DNA from: Thermodesulfobacteriota bacterium
Lineage (GTDB): Bacteria; Desulfobacterota; Binatia; Bin18
Direction of reading: 5' to 3'
Assembly: GCA_964291405.2 (NCBI GenBank)
Contig: OZ219926.1
Location: 2,304,001 to 2,368,000, forward strand
Length of the DNA: 64,000 bases
The translations under genes were made by a program, and so were the position numbers. The notes beneath the pieces were generated by a model, which searched no databases, was not told the origin of the DNA, and saw only the letters and a list, made by a program, of their open reading frames with translations. Positions 38,438-46,372 of this stretch are shown in pieces (position 1 is the stretch's first letter; each line of letters starts with the position of its first letter).

Positions 38438-38791
38438 TTAGGTCGATTCCAGCCCCCCCTTTTTCACCTCATAGACTAAACCCACAACCAGAACGAGCAC
38501 GAAAAGTAACATGGCCATGAAGCCGAACAGGCCCAACTGGCGGAAGACGACCGCCCAGGGATAGAGGAAGACCACCTCGACATCAAAGACAATGAAGAGA
38601 ATAGCGGCGAGATAAAACTTGACAGAAAAGCGTCCCCATGCAGAACCGCTGGGCGGATTGCCACACTCGAACGGTTCATCCTTGACCGCCGAGTGGGTTT
38701 TGACGCCGAGCATCGTGCTCGCAAAGGTCATGACCAAGGCCACGACCCCACCAAGGATCAGCGCAATCAGGACAGGAACGTATTGGTCCAT
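38438..38791 (-). CDS. nuoA: NADH-quinone oxidoreductase subunit A
   Basis: PFECG, FDVEVVFLYPWA. Confidence 0.96.
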   Translation of the reverse strand: MDQYVPVLIALILGGVVALVMTFASTMLGVKTHSAVKDEPFECGNPPSGSAWGRFSVKFYLAAILFIVFDVEVVFLYPWAVVFRQLGLFGFMAMLLFVLVLVVGLVYEVKKGGLEST

Positions 38792-38868
38792 AGAAAGCTC
38801 GTGTCAGCTCCGGCAGCTATGAGAGGCGGTGTATGGTCGTGTTGTCGTCTGCTCAATGCCCTCGGCAC

Positions 38869-38896
38869 AAGATACAGAGGCCCGGCACGGTGTCAA
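38869..38896 (-). promoter_or_regulatory. Sigma70-type promoter for the nuo operon
   Basis: TTGACA-N16-TATCTT on the minus strand upstream of nuoA. Confidence 0.55.
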
Positions 38897-39069
38897 CAAC
38901 CCCAAGCATCCGCTTTCTCTACCCTAGACGCGGAACCACGGCCTATCGTTGACGTGCGCCTTTTCGTGCGGGCACGCTCGGTCCGTTCAATAGCACGGCC
39001 TTACCTCGTCCCTTCCTTGCAGGAGGACTGGGGAGGTGGTAAACCTTCCACACACGCGACCCTGGGGGA

Positions 39070-39123
39070 AAAGAGGAAATGTGTCCTCCAACAGCGTGGA
39101 GATGCTGGACATGTTTCCTCTTT
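39070..39123 (-). repeat. Palindromic element family A, 14 nt upstream of tRNA-Ser
   Basis: AAAGAGGAAATGTGTCC...GGACATGTTTCCTCTTT with a compensatory G:C pair. Confidence 0.85.
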
Positions 39124-39137
39124 CAGGCATGTTTATG

Positions 39138-39224
39138 GGAGAGGTGCCAGAGTCAGGCCGATCGGGCACGACTGGAAATCGTGTGTACCTTCGGGTACCG
39201 AGGGTTCGAATCCCTCCCTCTCCG
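39138..39224 (+). tRNA. tRNA-Ser(GGA)
   Basis: Acceptor GGAGAGG/CCTCTCC, anticodon arm CACGA-CT-GGA-AA-TCGTG, long variable arm, TTCGAAT loop; CCA not encoded. Confidence 0.95.
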
Positions 39225-39343
39225 TCAGTGGTGATAGCTAGGTCCTGCGCAAGGGAAGCCGGGAAATCCGTCAGGTCCGGAAGGAAGCAGCGGTACCGGA
39301 ACTCTCCCTGTGCCGCAGGGTAGCCTAGCTATCACCACTGACG
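39225..39343 (+). ncRNA. ffs: SRP RNA (4.5S, small type)
   Basis: GTCAGGTCCGGAAGGAAGCAGC helix-8 motif within a long hairpin; directly upstream of dnaX. Confidence 0.93.
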
Positions 39344-39401
39344 CCAGTAAAGTGACACCGCAGCGTAACACACCGGACAACCCCAAACCCTTGGCGATGC
39401 T

Positions 39402-41168
39402 ATGAGCTATCTCGTTCTTGCCCGGAAGTGGCGACCTCAGACGTTCGATGACGTCATTGGGCAGGAACATGTTACCCGCACCTTGCGGAATGCGATTCGC
39501 AGTGAGCGCGTAGCGCACGCCTTCCTGTTTACCGGGCCGCGCGGGGTGGGGAAAACAACCACCGCCCGGCTTCTAGCCAAGGCTTTGAATTGTGAACAGG
39601 GGCCAACACCAGACCCCTGTAACGCCTGTAGCCAGTGTGAGGAGATCACGAACGGCAGCGCCATTGATGTCCTGGAAATCGACGGTGCCTCGCATACCGG
39701 AGTAGACAATGTTCGAGATTTGACCGAAGGGGTGCAGTACCGACCGGCCAAGGGCCGTTTTCGGGTGGTCATTATTGACGAAGTCCATATGCTCTCGAAT
39801 GCCGCCTTCAACGCCCTCCTGAAAACGCTGGAAGAGCCGCCGGCGCACGTCAAATTCATTTTTGCGACAACCGAATCCCATAAAATTTTGCAGACCATTC
39901 TGTCTCGCTGCCAGCGCTACGACTTCAAGCGGATCGCCCTGCGCGACCTCATACAGCAACTCGAACATCTGACACAAGCAGAAGGCTTTGAATGCGATGA
40001 GGCCGGGCTGGCCCTACTCGCGCGGGAGGCCGATGGGAGCCTACGCGATGCCGAGTCACTCCTCGACCAAGTGGTTGCGTGGAGTAACGGCCGAGTCGAT
40101 GAGGCGGCGGTCAGAAACGCCCTCGGTGTCGCCGACCGCCAGGCCCTGTTCCGGGTGGTTGAAGCGATCCTGGCTGAAGAGCCAGCTCAGGTGCTCCAGC
40201 TAACGGGAGATCTGTATCAATACGGGTATGACCCGCGCCGGCTGTGCCACGATCTGCTCCAACATTTTCACGATCTCGTTGTTGCCAAAGTGAGCTCTGA
40301 CGTGTCTGTCCTGGCCGACCTGCCCGATCACGAGGTTGAGATCGTCCGCAAACAGGCAGCCCTGCGCTCACGAGAAGATCTCCAGCGCTTCTTTGCCTCT
40401 CTGTTAGAGACGGAAGAAGCCGTGCGGAAGTCGGCTTATACCCAACTCGTCATTGAGATGGCGCTGGTCAAGCTGGCCAGCCAGCCACCGGTTCTTCCGA
40501 TTCAGGAAGCGCTGGCCAAACTGGAAGAGTTACAACACGAATTCGGAAGCAGCAGTAGCCGTCCAGCCCCGTCCAGACAGCAGCGCTTTCGGCCTTCTGC
40601 CTCGGTTGGGTCTATTGAGTCTGTTGGGTCTTCGGGTCTCAAGGACTCAAAGGACCCAAAGGACTCAAGTGACTCAACCGACGCAAAGCGAGCTTCCACC
40701 CCTGCTCCTCCTGCTGTTCCTGCGTCGGCTCCTGTTGCGAGTAGTACCGTAGAGCACTTGGAACAGGGCGAGCAGTGGGACGGCTTTCTGGCCATGGTTC
40801 GGAGCAAGAAAATCTCTCTCTTTTTTGCGCTGAAGGCGGGCTATTTGCTCGACGTGACCTCGACGGCTTTGCAGGTTGGAGTGGACAAGGACCCCTATCT
40901 GAAAGAGTTATCACGGCAAGAGAATCGGACTATTTTGGAGGAATCGGCCGAGCAGTTTTTTGGACGCAAGCTCACCATTGAGGTGCAAAAGGGAAAACAC
41001 GGACCGGCCACAAAAGGACTCAACCCACCACCGGGTGAGGGAGCTCGGCTGCCCAAGAGCGCCCAAGACCCGTCAGGCTCGGCAGACCCGCTCGTCAGAA
41101 CCGCTCTGGACATCCTCGGTGGAGAAATCCAGGAAAGGCGGACGCCGAGAGCGAGCGGGACCGGCTAG
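39402..41168 (+). CDS. dnaX: DNA polymerase III subunit gamma/tau
   Basis: LARKWRPQ, GPRGVGKTT, DEVHML, SRCQ. Confidence 0.97.
   Translation: MSYLVLARKWRPQTFDDVIGQEHVTRTLRNAIRSERVAHAFLFTGPRGVGKTTTARLLAKALNCEQGPTPDPCNACSQCEEITNGSAIDVLEIDGASHTGVDNVRDLTEGVQYRPAKGRFRVVIIDEVHMLSNAAFNALLKTLEEPPAHVKFIFATTESHKILQTILSRCQRYDFKRIALRDLIQQLEHLTQAEGFECDEAGLALLAREADGSLRDAESLLDQVVAWSNGRVDEAAVRNALGVADRQALFRVVEAILAEEPAQVLQLTGDLYQYGYDPRRLCHDLLQHFHDLVVAKVSSDVSVLADLPDHEVEIVRKQAALRSREDLQRFFASLLETEEAVRKSAYTQLVIEMALVKLASQPPVLPIQEALAKLEELQHEFGSSSSRPAPSRQQRFRPSASVGSIESVGSSGLKDSKDPKDSSDSTDAKRASTPAPPAVPASAPVASSTVEHLEQGEQWDGFLAMVRSKKISLFFALKAGYLLDVTSTALQVGVDKDPYLKELSRQENRTILEESAEQFFGRKLTIEVQKGKHGPATKGLNPPPGEGARLPKSAQDPSGSADPLVRTALDILGGEIQERRTPRASGTG
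40604..40688. repeat. Inverted 9-mer array (family B) in frame in the dnaX linker
   Basis: GGTTGGGTC TATTGAGTC TGTTGGGTC ... GACTCAAAG GACCCAAAG GACTCAAGT GACTCAACC GACGCAAAG. Confidence 0.85.
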
Positions 41169-41209
41169 ACACGGGAGACTGCGCCTCGTCGCAGAGTGGA
41201 GGACACAGC

Positions 41210-41527
41210 ATGGCACACAATATGGGAGATATGATGAAGCAGGCCCAGCAGTTGCAGGCCAAACTGGCCCAGATTCAGGAAGACGCTGGGAAAAAGACCG
41301 TCGAGGCCTCGGCCGGCGGCAATATGGTCACAGCCACGGTGAACGGCAAGTTGGAACTCGTCGCGCTGCGCATTGACCCAGCCGTGGCCTCAGCCGATGA
41401 TGTCGAAATGCTGCAAGACCTCATTACTGCCGCGGTGAACGAGGGCATTCGGCAAGCCCAGAGCATGATGGCCACTGAAATGGGGAAAGTCACCGGAGGA
41501 CTCAAGATTCCCGGGCTGAACGCGTGA
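41210..41527 (+). CDS. ybaB: YbaB/EbfC nucleoid-associated protein
   Basis: MMKQAQQLQ, AGGNMV, MLQDLITAAVN; dnaX-ybaB-recR synteny. Confidence 0.93.
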   Translation: MAHNMGDMMKQAQQLQAKLAQIQEDAGKKTVEASAGGNMVTATVNGKLELVALRIDPAVASADDVEMLQDLITAAVNEGIRQAQSMMATEMGKVTGGLKIPGLNA

Positions 41528-41550
41528 GCGCATTGACGACGAGGGATGTA

Positions 41551-41605
41551 AAAGAGTAAACGTATCCAGCATCCGCATCTTTATTGGAGAACACGGTTAC
41601 TCTTT
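41551..41605 (+). repeat. Palindromic element family A abutting the recR start codon
   Basis: AAAGAGTAAACGTATCC...GAACACGGTTACTCTTT then ATG. Confidence 0.85.
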
Positions 41606-42205
41606 ATGACGACGCTGACCCCCGCTCTGGCTCGTCTAGTCCAAGAGTTGGGAAGACTGCCGGGGATTGGAGAGAAAACTGCGACGCGCCTGGCCATGTT
41701 CATCCTGGGCGCGGGGCGGGACTATGTCGAAAGCCTGGCCGAGGCCATCTGGGCGGTGAAGACCGAGACCACCCTGTGCCAGGAATGCTTTGGGCTAGCC
41801 GAGGGCGACCGGTGCGCCATTTGTAACGATCCGCAGCGGAATACCGAGTCGATCTGCATCGTCGAGGAACCGGCCGACCTGATGGCCGTTGAACGCTCGC
41901 ACGAATATACGGGTCGCTATCATGTCCTGCACGGCGTGTTAGCCCCGCTTGACGGTATTGGGCCGGACGAACTCAAGATTGCCCCCCTCCTGGACCGTCT
42001 GCGCTCTGGTACGGTGAAGGAGGTCATTATTGCGACCAACCCAAATGTCGAAGGAGAGGCGACCGCATTATATTTGGCCAAGGTCATTAAGCCGCTGGGT
42101 GTCCAGGTGAGTCGGATCGCCCACGGCATTCCGATGGGCGGCGATGTGGAATACACCGACGCGGTCACCCTCGGTCGGGCGATTGAGGGCCGGCGAGAGA
42201 TGTAA
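41606..42205 (+). CDS. recR: Recombination mediator RecR
   Basis: LPGIGEKTA HhH, C4 zinc finger, TOPRIM (EGEATA). Confidence 0.97.
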   Translation: MTTLTPALARLVQELGRLPGIGEKTATRLAMFILGAGRDYVESLAEAIWAVKTETTLCQECFGLAEGDRCAICNDPQRNTESICIVEEPADLMAVERSHEYTGRYHVLHGVLAPLDGIGPDELKIAPLLDRLRSGTVKEVIIATNPNVEGEATALYLAKVIKPLGVQVSRIAHGIPMGGDVEYTDAVTLGRAIEGRREM

Positions 42206-42267
42206 TCCCACCTTTACTCTTATTTTTTCCTTTGCTACAACTGCGCTGGCAATATTGCCTGGCTCTT

Positions 42268-42321
42268 AAAGAGTAAACGTGCCCGGATCTGTATGCGTAT
42301 TGGAGGACACACTTACTCTTT
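42268..42321 (+). repeat. Palindromic element family A, 3 nt upstream of tRNA-Asn
   Basis: AAAGAGTAAACGTGCCC...GGACACACTTACTCTTT. Confidence 0.85.
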
Positions 42322-42324
42322 TGA

Positions 42325-42400
42325 TCCTCGGTAGCTCAATCGGCAGAGCAATCGGCTGTTAACCGATGGGTTGTTGGTTCGAGTCCAACCCGAGGAGCCA
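42325..42400 (+). tRNA. tRNA-Asn(GTT)
   Basis: TCCTCGG/CCGAGGA acceptor, ATCGG-CT-GTT-AA-CCGAT, TTCGAGT loop, encoded CCA. Confidence 0.96.
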
Positions 42401-42439
42401 ACTCTTGACTGTCAAATCTGGCGATTCGTCAGTGAACGT

Positions 42440-42471
42440 AAGACCCCGAGGGCTGATCTCCTCGGGGTCTT
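42440..42471. terminator. 12-bp stem hairpin downstream of tRNA-Asn
   Basis: AAGACCCCGAGG-N8-CCTCGGGGTCTT. Confidence 0.6.
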
Positions 42472-42695
42472 GTCGTATCTATCTCATCACCGAGCGCCGA
42501 CGGACGCGAGGACTTTTCATTCGACCCCCATGCCCCACCACTTCCAGCGCACCCTACGGTAATTGATGTCCGGGTCGTAGGGCGTGACCGGCAGGGCCTG
42601 GGCGGTCAGCGTCCCGACTTTCTGGCGGAGTTCCATGCTGGCGATCACTTCGTTGCGGGTTGCCAGGCGCTACGCCGCCCCGCGCGATCCGCCGC

Positions 42696-43148
42696 TCAGA
42701 CTTCGACGAGCTCGAGAACGATACCGTCCGGATCCCGGAAGCAGCAGAACTTGAAGTCGCCGAAGTCCGGGAAGTGCAGCGTCTGCGGGGGCGAGAGAAA
42801 CGCCACGCCCTTGTCCTTTAGATCGCCGTAGGCCTTGTCGATGTCGCCGACTTTGAGCGCGATGCGCCCGATCCCGTTGTTGCTGCACTCGGGGTAAGAC
42901 CGGCCCGTCATCGCGGGCTCGATCCATTGCTCGACGTCGATGAGCAGCGCATCCTCGTCGTCACCGAGGCGTATGAGCGCCCAGCGCATTCGACCGTTCC
43001 CCTCGTAGCCAAAACCTCTGGCGATGATGGGATCGTCGGTCGTGACCTCGCCGTAGACCACGGAAAAGCCCAGCACATCGCAGTAAAACGCGAGCGTTCT
43101 GTCCAGATCCTCCACCACGATGTTGACGTGAAATATTTGCTGCAGCAT
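42696..43148 (-). CDS. VOC/glyoxalase family protein
   Basis: HVNIVVEDL..TLAFYCDVLGF; FRDPDGIVLELVE. Confidence 0.88.
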   Translation of the reverse strand: MLQQIFHVNIVVEDLDRTLAFYCDVLGFSVVYGEVTTDDPIIARGFGYEGNGRMRWALIRLGDDEDALLIDVEQWIEPAMTGRSYPECSNNGIGRIALKVGDIDKAYGDLKDKGVAFLSPPQTLHFPDFGDFKFCCFRDPDGIVLELVEV

Positions 43149-43260
43149 GGCCTGCCTCCTCTTTCGTTGATAATGACCGCAGCGCGCGCCTACTAGAGCG
43201 CCTATCCGCTCACGGACCAGGCGGCGCGAGCCGGCTTGTTGCCTACGTCTGGAGGAGGGA

Positions 43261-43689
43261 TCAGGTGATCTCGACGAGTTGCAGATCAAACGTCAGGTCT
43301 TTGCCCGCCAGAGGATGGTTGGCATCGAGCGTGACGGTCGAGTCGGACAGCCCAAGGACTGAGACTGCTATCGATTGTCCATTTTTCTGGTTGATTTGGA
43401 GGCGCTGGCCAACTTTCAGTTCAACGCTCTTCGGAAATTGACTGCGCTGGACCTGAGTGGTCATTTCGTCCCGGTGCGGGCCGTAGGCCTCCGCAGCCGG
43501 AACGAGGACTGTTTTTGATTCCTGAGGACGCATCCCAATGACGGCCTGCTCAACCCCGTGGAGCACCTGGCCTTTGCCAATGGTAAATTGCAAGGTCTCA
43601 CGCTCCACGGAGGAGTCGAAGACTGACCCATCGTCGAGTCTGCCGGTATACTGAACGCGGACGGTATCACCGTCCTTTGCCCTAATCAT
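43261..43689 (-). CDS. FKBP-type peptidyl-prolyl isomerase (SlyD-like, no His-rich tail)
   Basis: YTGRLDDGSVFDSS, EAYG, DANHPLAGKDLTF. Confidence 0.92.
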   Translation of the reverse strand: MIRAKDGDTVRVQYTGRLDDGSVFDSSVERETLQFTIGKGQVLHGVEQAVIGMRPQESKTVLVPAAEAYGPHRDEMTTQVQRSQFPKSVELKVGQRLQINQKNGQSIAVSVLGLSDSTVTLDANHPLAGKDLTFDLQLVEIT

Positions 43690-43726
43690 GGGACTCCTCC
43701 TGAGAAGCCAAGCGCCGTTTTCCTCT

Positions 43727-43780
43727 AAAGAGGAACTGTGTCCTCCAAAAACATGCAGATGCTGGACACGTTTACTCTTT
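43727..43780 (-). repeat. Palindromic element family A abutting the RRM gene stop
   Basis: AAAGAGGAACTGTGTCC...GGACACGTTTACTCTTT. Confidence 0.88.
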
Positions 43781-44071
43781 CTACCAATTGCGGTCGCCGC
43801 CATCCCTCCTCGGGCCTCGTGAGCGTTCTCTTTGCGGGCGGGCTTCGTTGACAGTCAGCGGCCGGCCTTGCATTTCATTGCCGTTCAGGCGCTCTATTGC
43901 CGCCTGTGCCTCGTCTTGATTTTCCATTTCGACAAAGCCAAATCCTCGCGATTTTCCAGAGAACCGATCGGTAATGATATTGACCGAGGCCACTGCGCCT
44001 GATTCGCTGAAGAGGGCTTCGAGCTCTTCCTGCGTGGTACTGAAGGGAAGATTACCAACAAAGATTTTCAT
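43781..44071 (-). CDS. RRM-domain RNA-binding protein
   Basis: RNP2 IFVGNL, RNP1 RGFGFVEM, VNEARP. Confidence 0.95.
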   Translation of the reverse strand: MKIFVGNLPFSTTQEELEALFSESGAVASVNIITDRFSGKSRGFGFVEMENQDEAQAAIERLNGNEMQGRPLTVNEARPQRERSRGPRRDGGDRNW

Positions 44072-44435
44072 ACTATATCCTTTCTGGGGGAGGAAGACCT
44101 CCTGAAACGTACAAAGCCCTGAGAACCATATGAGAAGGTCCCCAGGGCTTATGATCGTGCGAACCAGCTCAACTCGACAGGGGAGCAACTGTCTCCACTC
44201 CCTTTCTTCCTGATAGGACTGTATTGCTTTTTCGCGTTGAACGCAACCGTGCAAGCGGCTGCCCGTGTCTCAGGTTATTATAGAGAAACGAACGGCACCG
44301 GTCCGAAGGCTTCGGGCCGACGCTACTTTCTGCGTTCTCCTGCTGCGTTACCGCCCAGGGAGTGCTTCCATCTCTTTGGTAACTCTTTTACAGTGAAGCT
44401 GTATTACTCTGATGTGGAGTGGAGGAGCACATACG

Positions 44436-44795
44436 ATGTTTGTTGTCACGAATCGGATTCCTGTTGCTGAAGGACATGAAGCAGACTTTGAGGATCGGTT
44501 TCGGCACCGAGCCCATCTGATTGATCAGTCTCCAGGGTTTATCAAAAACCTGGTGATGCGACCGGTCCAGCGTCGGTTCAACCACCAGACAGGGGAGTGG
44601 GAAGAGAAAGAAGAGCAGGGGTTTTATCTGGTCCAGACCTATTGGGAGAGCGAGCAGGCGTTTTGGGACTGGACAAAAAGCGAATCCTTCCGTATCGCCC
44701 ATAGCAACCGCCCGCCCGCGGAAATGTTTGCCGGCGCAAATGTGCTGGAAATCCATGAAGTGGTTCTGAATACGGAAGGAAACGATTCGGCGTAA
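44436..44795 (+). CDS. ABM-family monooxygenase (IsdG/HmoA heme-degrading-like)
   Basis: VTNRI, FEDRF, PGF, YWES..F.DW.KS.SFRIAH. Confidence 0.8.
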   Translation: MFVVTNRIPVAEGHEADFEDRFRHRAHLIDQSPGFIKNLVMRPVQRRFNHQTGEWEEKEEQGFYLVQTYWESEQAFWDWTKSESFRIAHSNRPPAEMFAGANVLEIHEVVLNTEGNDSA

Positions 44796-44811
44796 CCGGG
44801 GCAGAGGAGGC

Positions 44812-46293
44812 ATGGAGCAGCAACACGAGCAGATAGCCGAGCGCTTTCGGCGCATCATGCCACGCGTCGATTTCTGTTCGTTCCGCATCGTGCGCGAGCG
44901 CTCAGAGTCACTGGCGATCCGTCAGGATGTCTTACAGCCCGTGTCGAACGGCGACGACCTGGGGGCCATGGTGACAGTCATCCATCAGGGTGGCTGCGGC
45001 TATGCCGGGACGAGCGACTTGACTGAGACGGGATTGAGTCGCGCGCTCGAACACGCCGAGGGGTGGGCGCAACGTAGCGCGGAGGGCAGCGTGACGGACT
45101 TCTCTCAGGTGGGCTTTGCCCATCCGCAGGGTGAGTATGAGACGCCGGTAGCTGTCGCTTGGGACACTGTCTCCCTGGCTGATAAAATCGCGCTGCTCCA
45201 GCAGGAGAGCGCCCGTCTGCAGAGGGGGCTTGGGGGGCACTCCCCCCACAAAAAAAAGGACGAGCGGATTGTCGATTGGGAGGCCAGCCTGTGGCATACG
45301 CAGAGCGACACGCTGTATATCACGAATAGTGATTCCCGTATCTATCAGCGGGGCTGCTATACCGTCCCGATGCTGAGCGTCACCGCCAACGCCGGGACAG
45401 AGACACACACGCGGACCTTCGGCGGACGCGGCTATTGCCGCCAGGGGGGGCTGGAAGTCTTGGACCAGACCGGATTTTATGCGGTCGCGCCGCAACTCAG
45501 CGCCGAGGCGGTCCAACTCCTGAGTGCGCCCGATTGTCCGGCCGGACGGATGGACGTTCTTCTCGCCCCGGATCAGATGATGCTTCAGATTCATGAGTCG
45601 ATCGGCCACCCGCTTGAGCTTGATCGCATTCTTGGGGATGAGCGGAACTATGCCGGTACCAGCTTTGTGACGCCGGACATGTTCGGCACCTACCAGTACG
45701 GCTCGGACTTGTTGGATATCACCTTTGATCCCTCCCGACCCGAACAGTATGCCAGCTATCAATTCGACGACGACGGCCAGCCCGCCCGGAAGGAATATCT
45801 GATCAAGAACGGCCGTCTGCTGCGTGGGCTGGGCGGGGCAGTCTCACAGGCGCGGCTGGGCATGCCCGGCGTTGCCAACGCCCGCGCCACTACGTGGAAC
45901 AGGCCGACGATTGACCGCATGGCGAATCTGAATCTGGAACCGGGAGCGTCCGATTTTTCGTCCATGGTCGGCGCTATCGAGCGGGGCGTGTATATGAAGA
46001 CCAACTGTTCCTGGTCCATTGATGATTCACGCAACAAGTTCCAGTTCGGCTGCGAGTGGGGCCAACTGATCGAAGACGGCAGGCTGACAACGGTGGTCAA
46101 AAAACCAAACTATCGAGGGGTATCGGCCACGTTCTGGCGCAGCTTGGCCATGGTCGGCAACTTGGACAGTTATGAGGTGCTCGGCACCCCGTTCTGCGGC
46201 AAGGGCGAGCCCAATCAGGTCATCCGCGTTGGGCATGCCGCCCCGGCCTGCGTGTTCTCTGACGTTGAGGTCTTTGGGGGTGAGAAAGAATAA
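44812..46293 (+). CDS. tldD: TldD metalloprotease subunit
   Basis: HESIGHPLELDR, DRMAN, CGKGEP. Confidence 0.9.
   Translation: MEQQHEQIAERFRRIMPRVDFCSFRIVRERSESLAIRQDVLQPVSNGDDLGAMVTVIHQGGCGYAGTSDLTETGLSRALEHAEGWAQRSAEGSVTDFSQVGFAHPQGEYETPVAVAWDTVSLADKIALLQQESARLQRGLGGHSPHKKKDERIVDWEASLWHTQSDTLYITNSDSRIYQRGCYTVPMLSVTANAGTETHTRTFGGRGYCRQGGLEVLDQTGFYAVAPQLSAEAVQLLSAPDCPAGRMDVLLAPDQMMLQIHESIGHPLELDRILGDERNYAGTSFVTPDMFGTYQYGSDLLDITFDPSRPEQYASYQFDDDGQPARKEYLIKNGRLLRGLGGAVSQARLGMPGVANARATTWNRPTIDRMANLNLEPGASDFSSMVGAIERGVYMKTNCSWSIDDSRNKFQFGCEWGQLIEDGRLTTVVKKPNYRGVSATFWRSLAMVGNLDSYEVLGTPFCGKGEPNQVIRVGHAAPACVFSDVEVFGGEKE
45221..45259. repeat. G6/C6 hairpin plus A8 element (family D) in frame in tldD
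   Basis: AGAGGGGGCTTGGGGGGCACTCCCCCCACAAAAAAAAG; related sequence at 13680-13719. Confidence 0.6.
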
Positions 46294-46370
46294 AGAAGAG
46301 TCAGTTGAGTCACGGCAACCCCAAAGACCCTAAGGATTCTGGGGACCCAAAGAACCCAAAAGACCCACGA
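46294..46370. repeat. Degenerate inverted 9-mer array (family B) between tldD and pmbA
   Basis: AGTTGAGTC ... GACCCTAAG GATTCTGGG GACCCAAAG AACCCAAAA GACCCACGA. Confidence 0.7.
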
Positions 46371-46372
46371 AG

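Noticed and set aside
40560-40700. Programmed -1 frameshift site in dnaX (gamma subunit) using the repeat hairpin
   Set aside because: No A-AAA-AAG slippery heptamer or long A run is visible just upstream of the hairpin.
42400-43300. Prophage or integrative element at tRNA-Asn
   Set aside because: No integrase and no repeat of the tRNA 3' end was found in the window.
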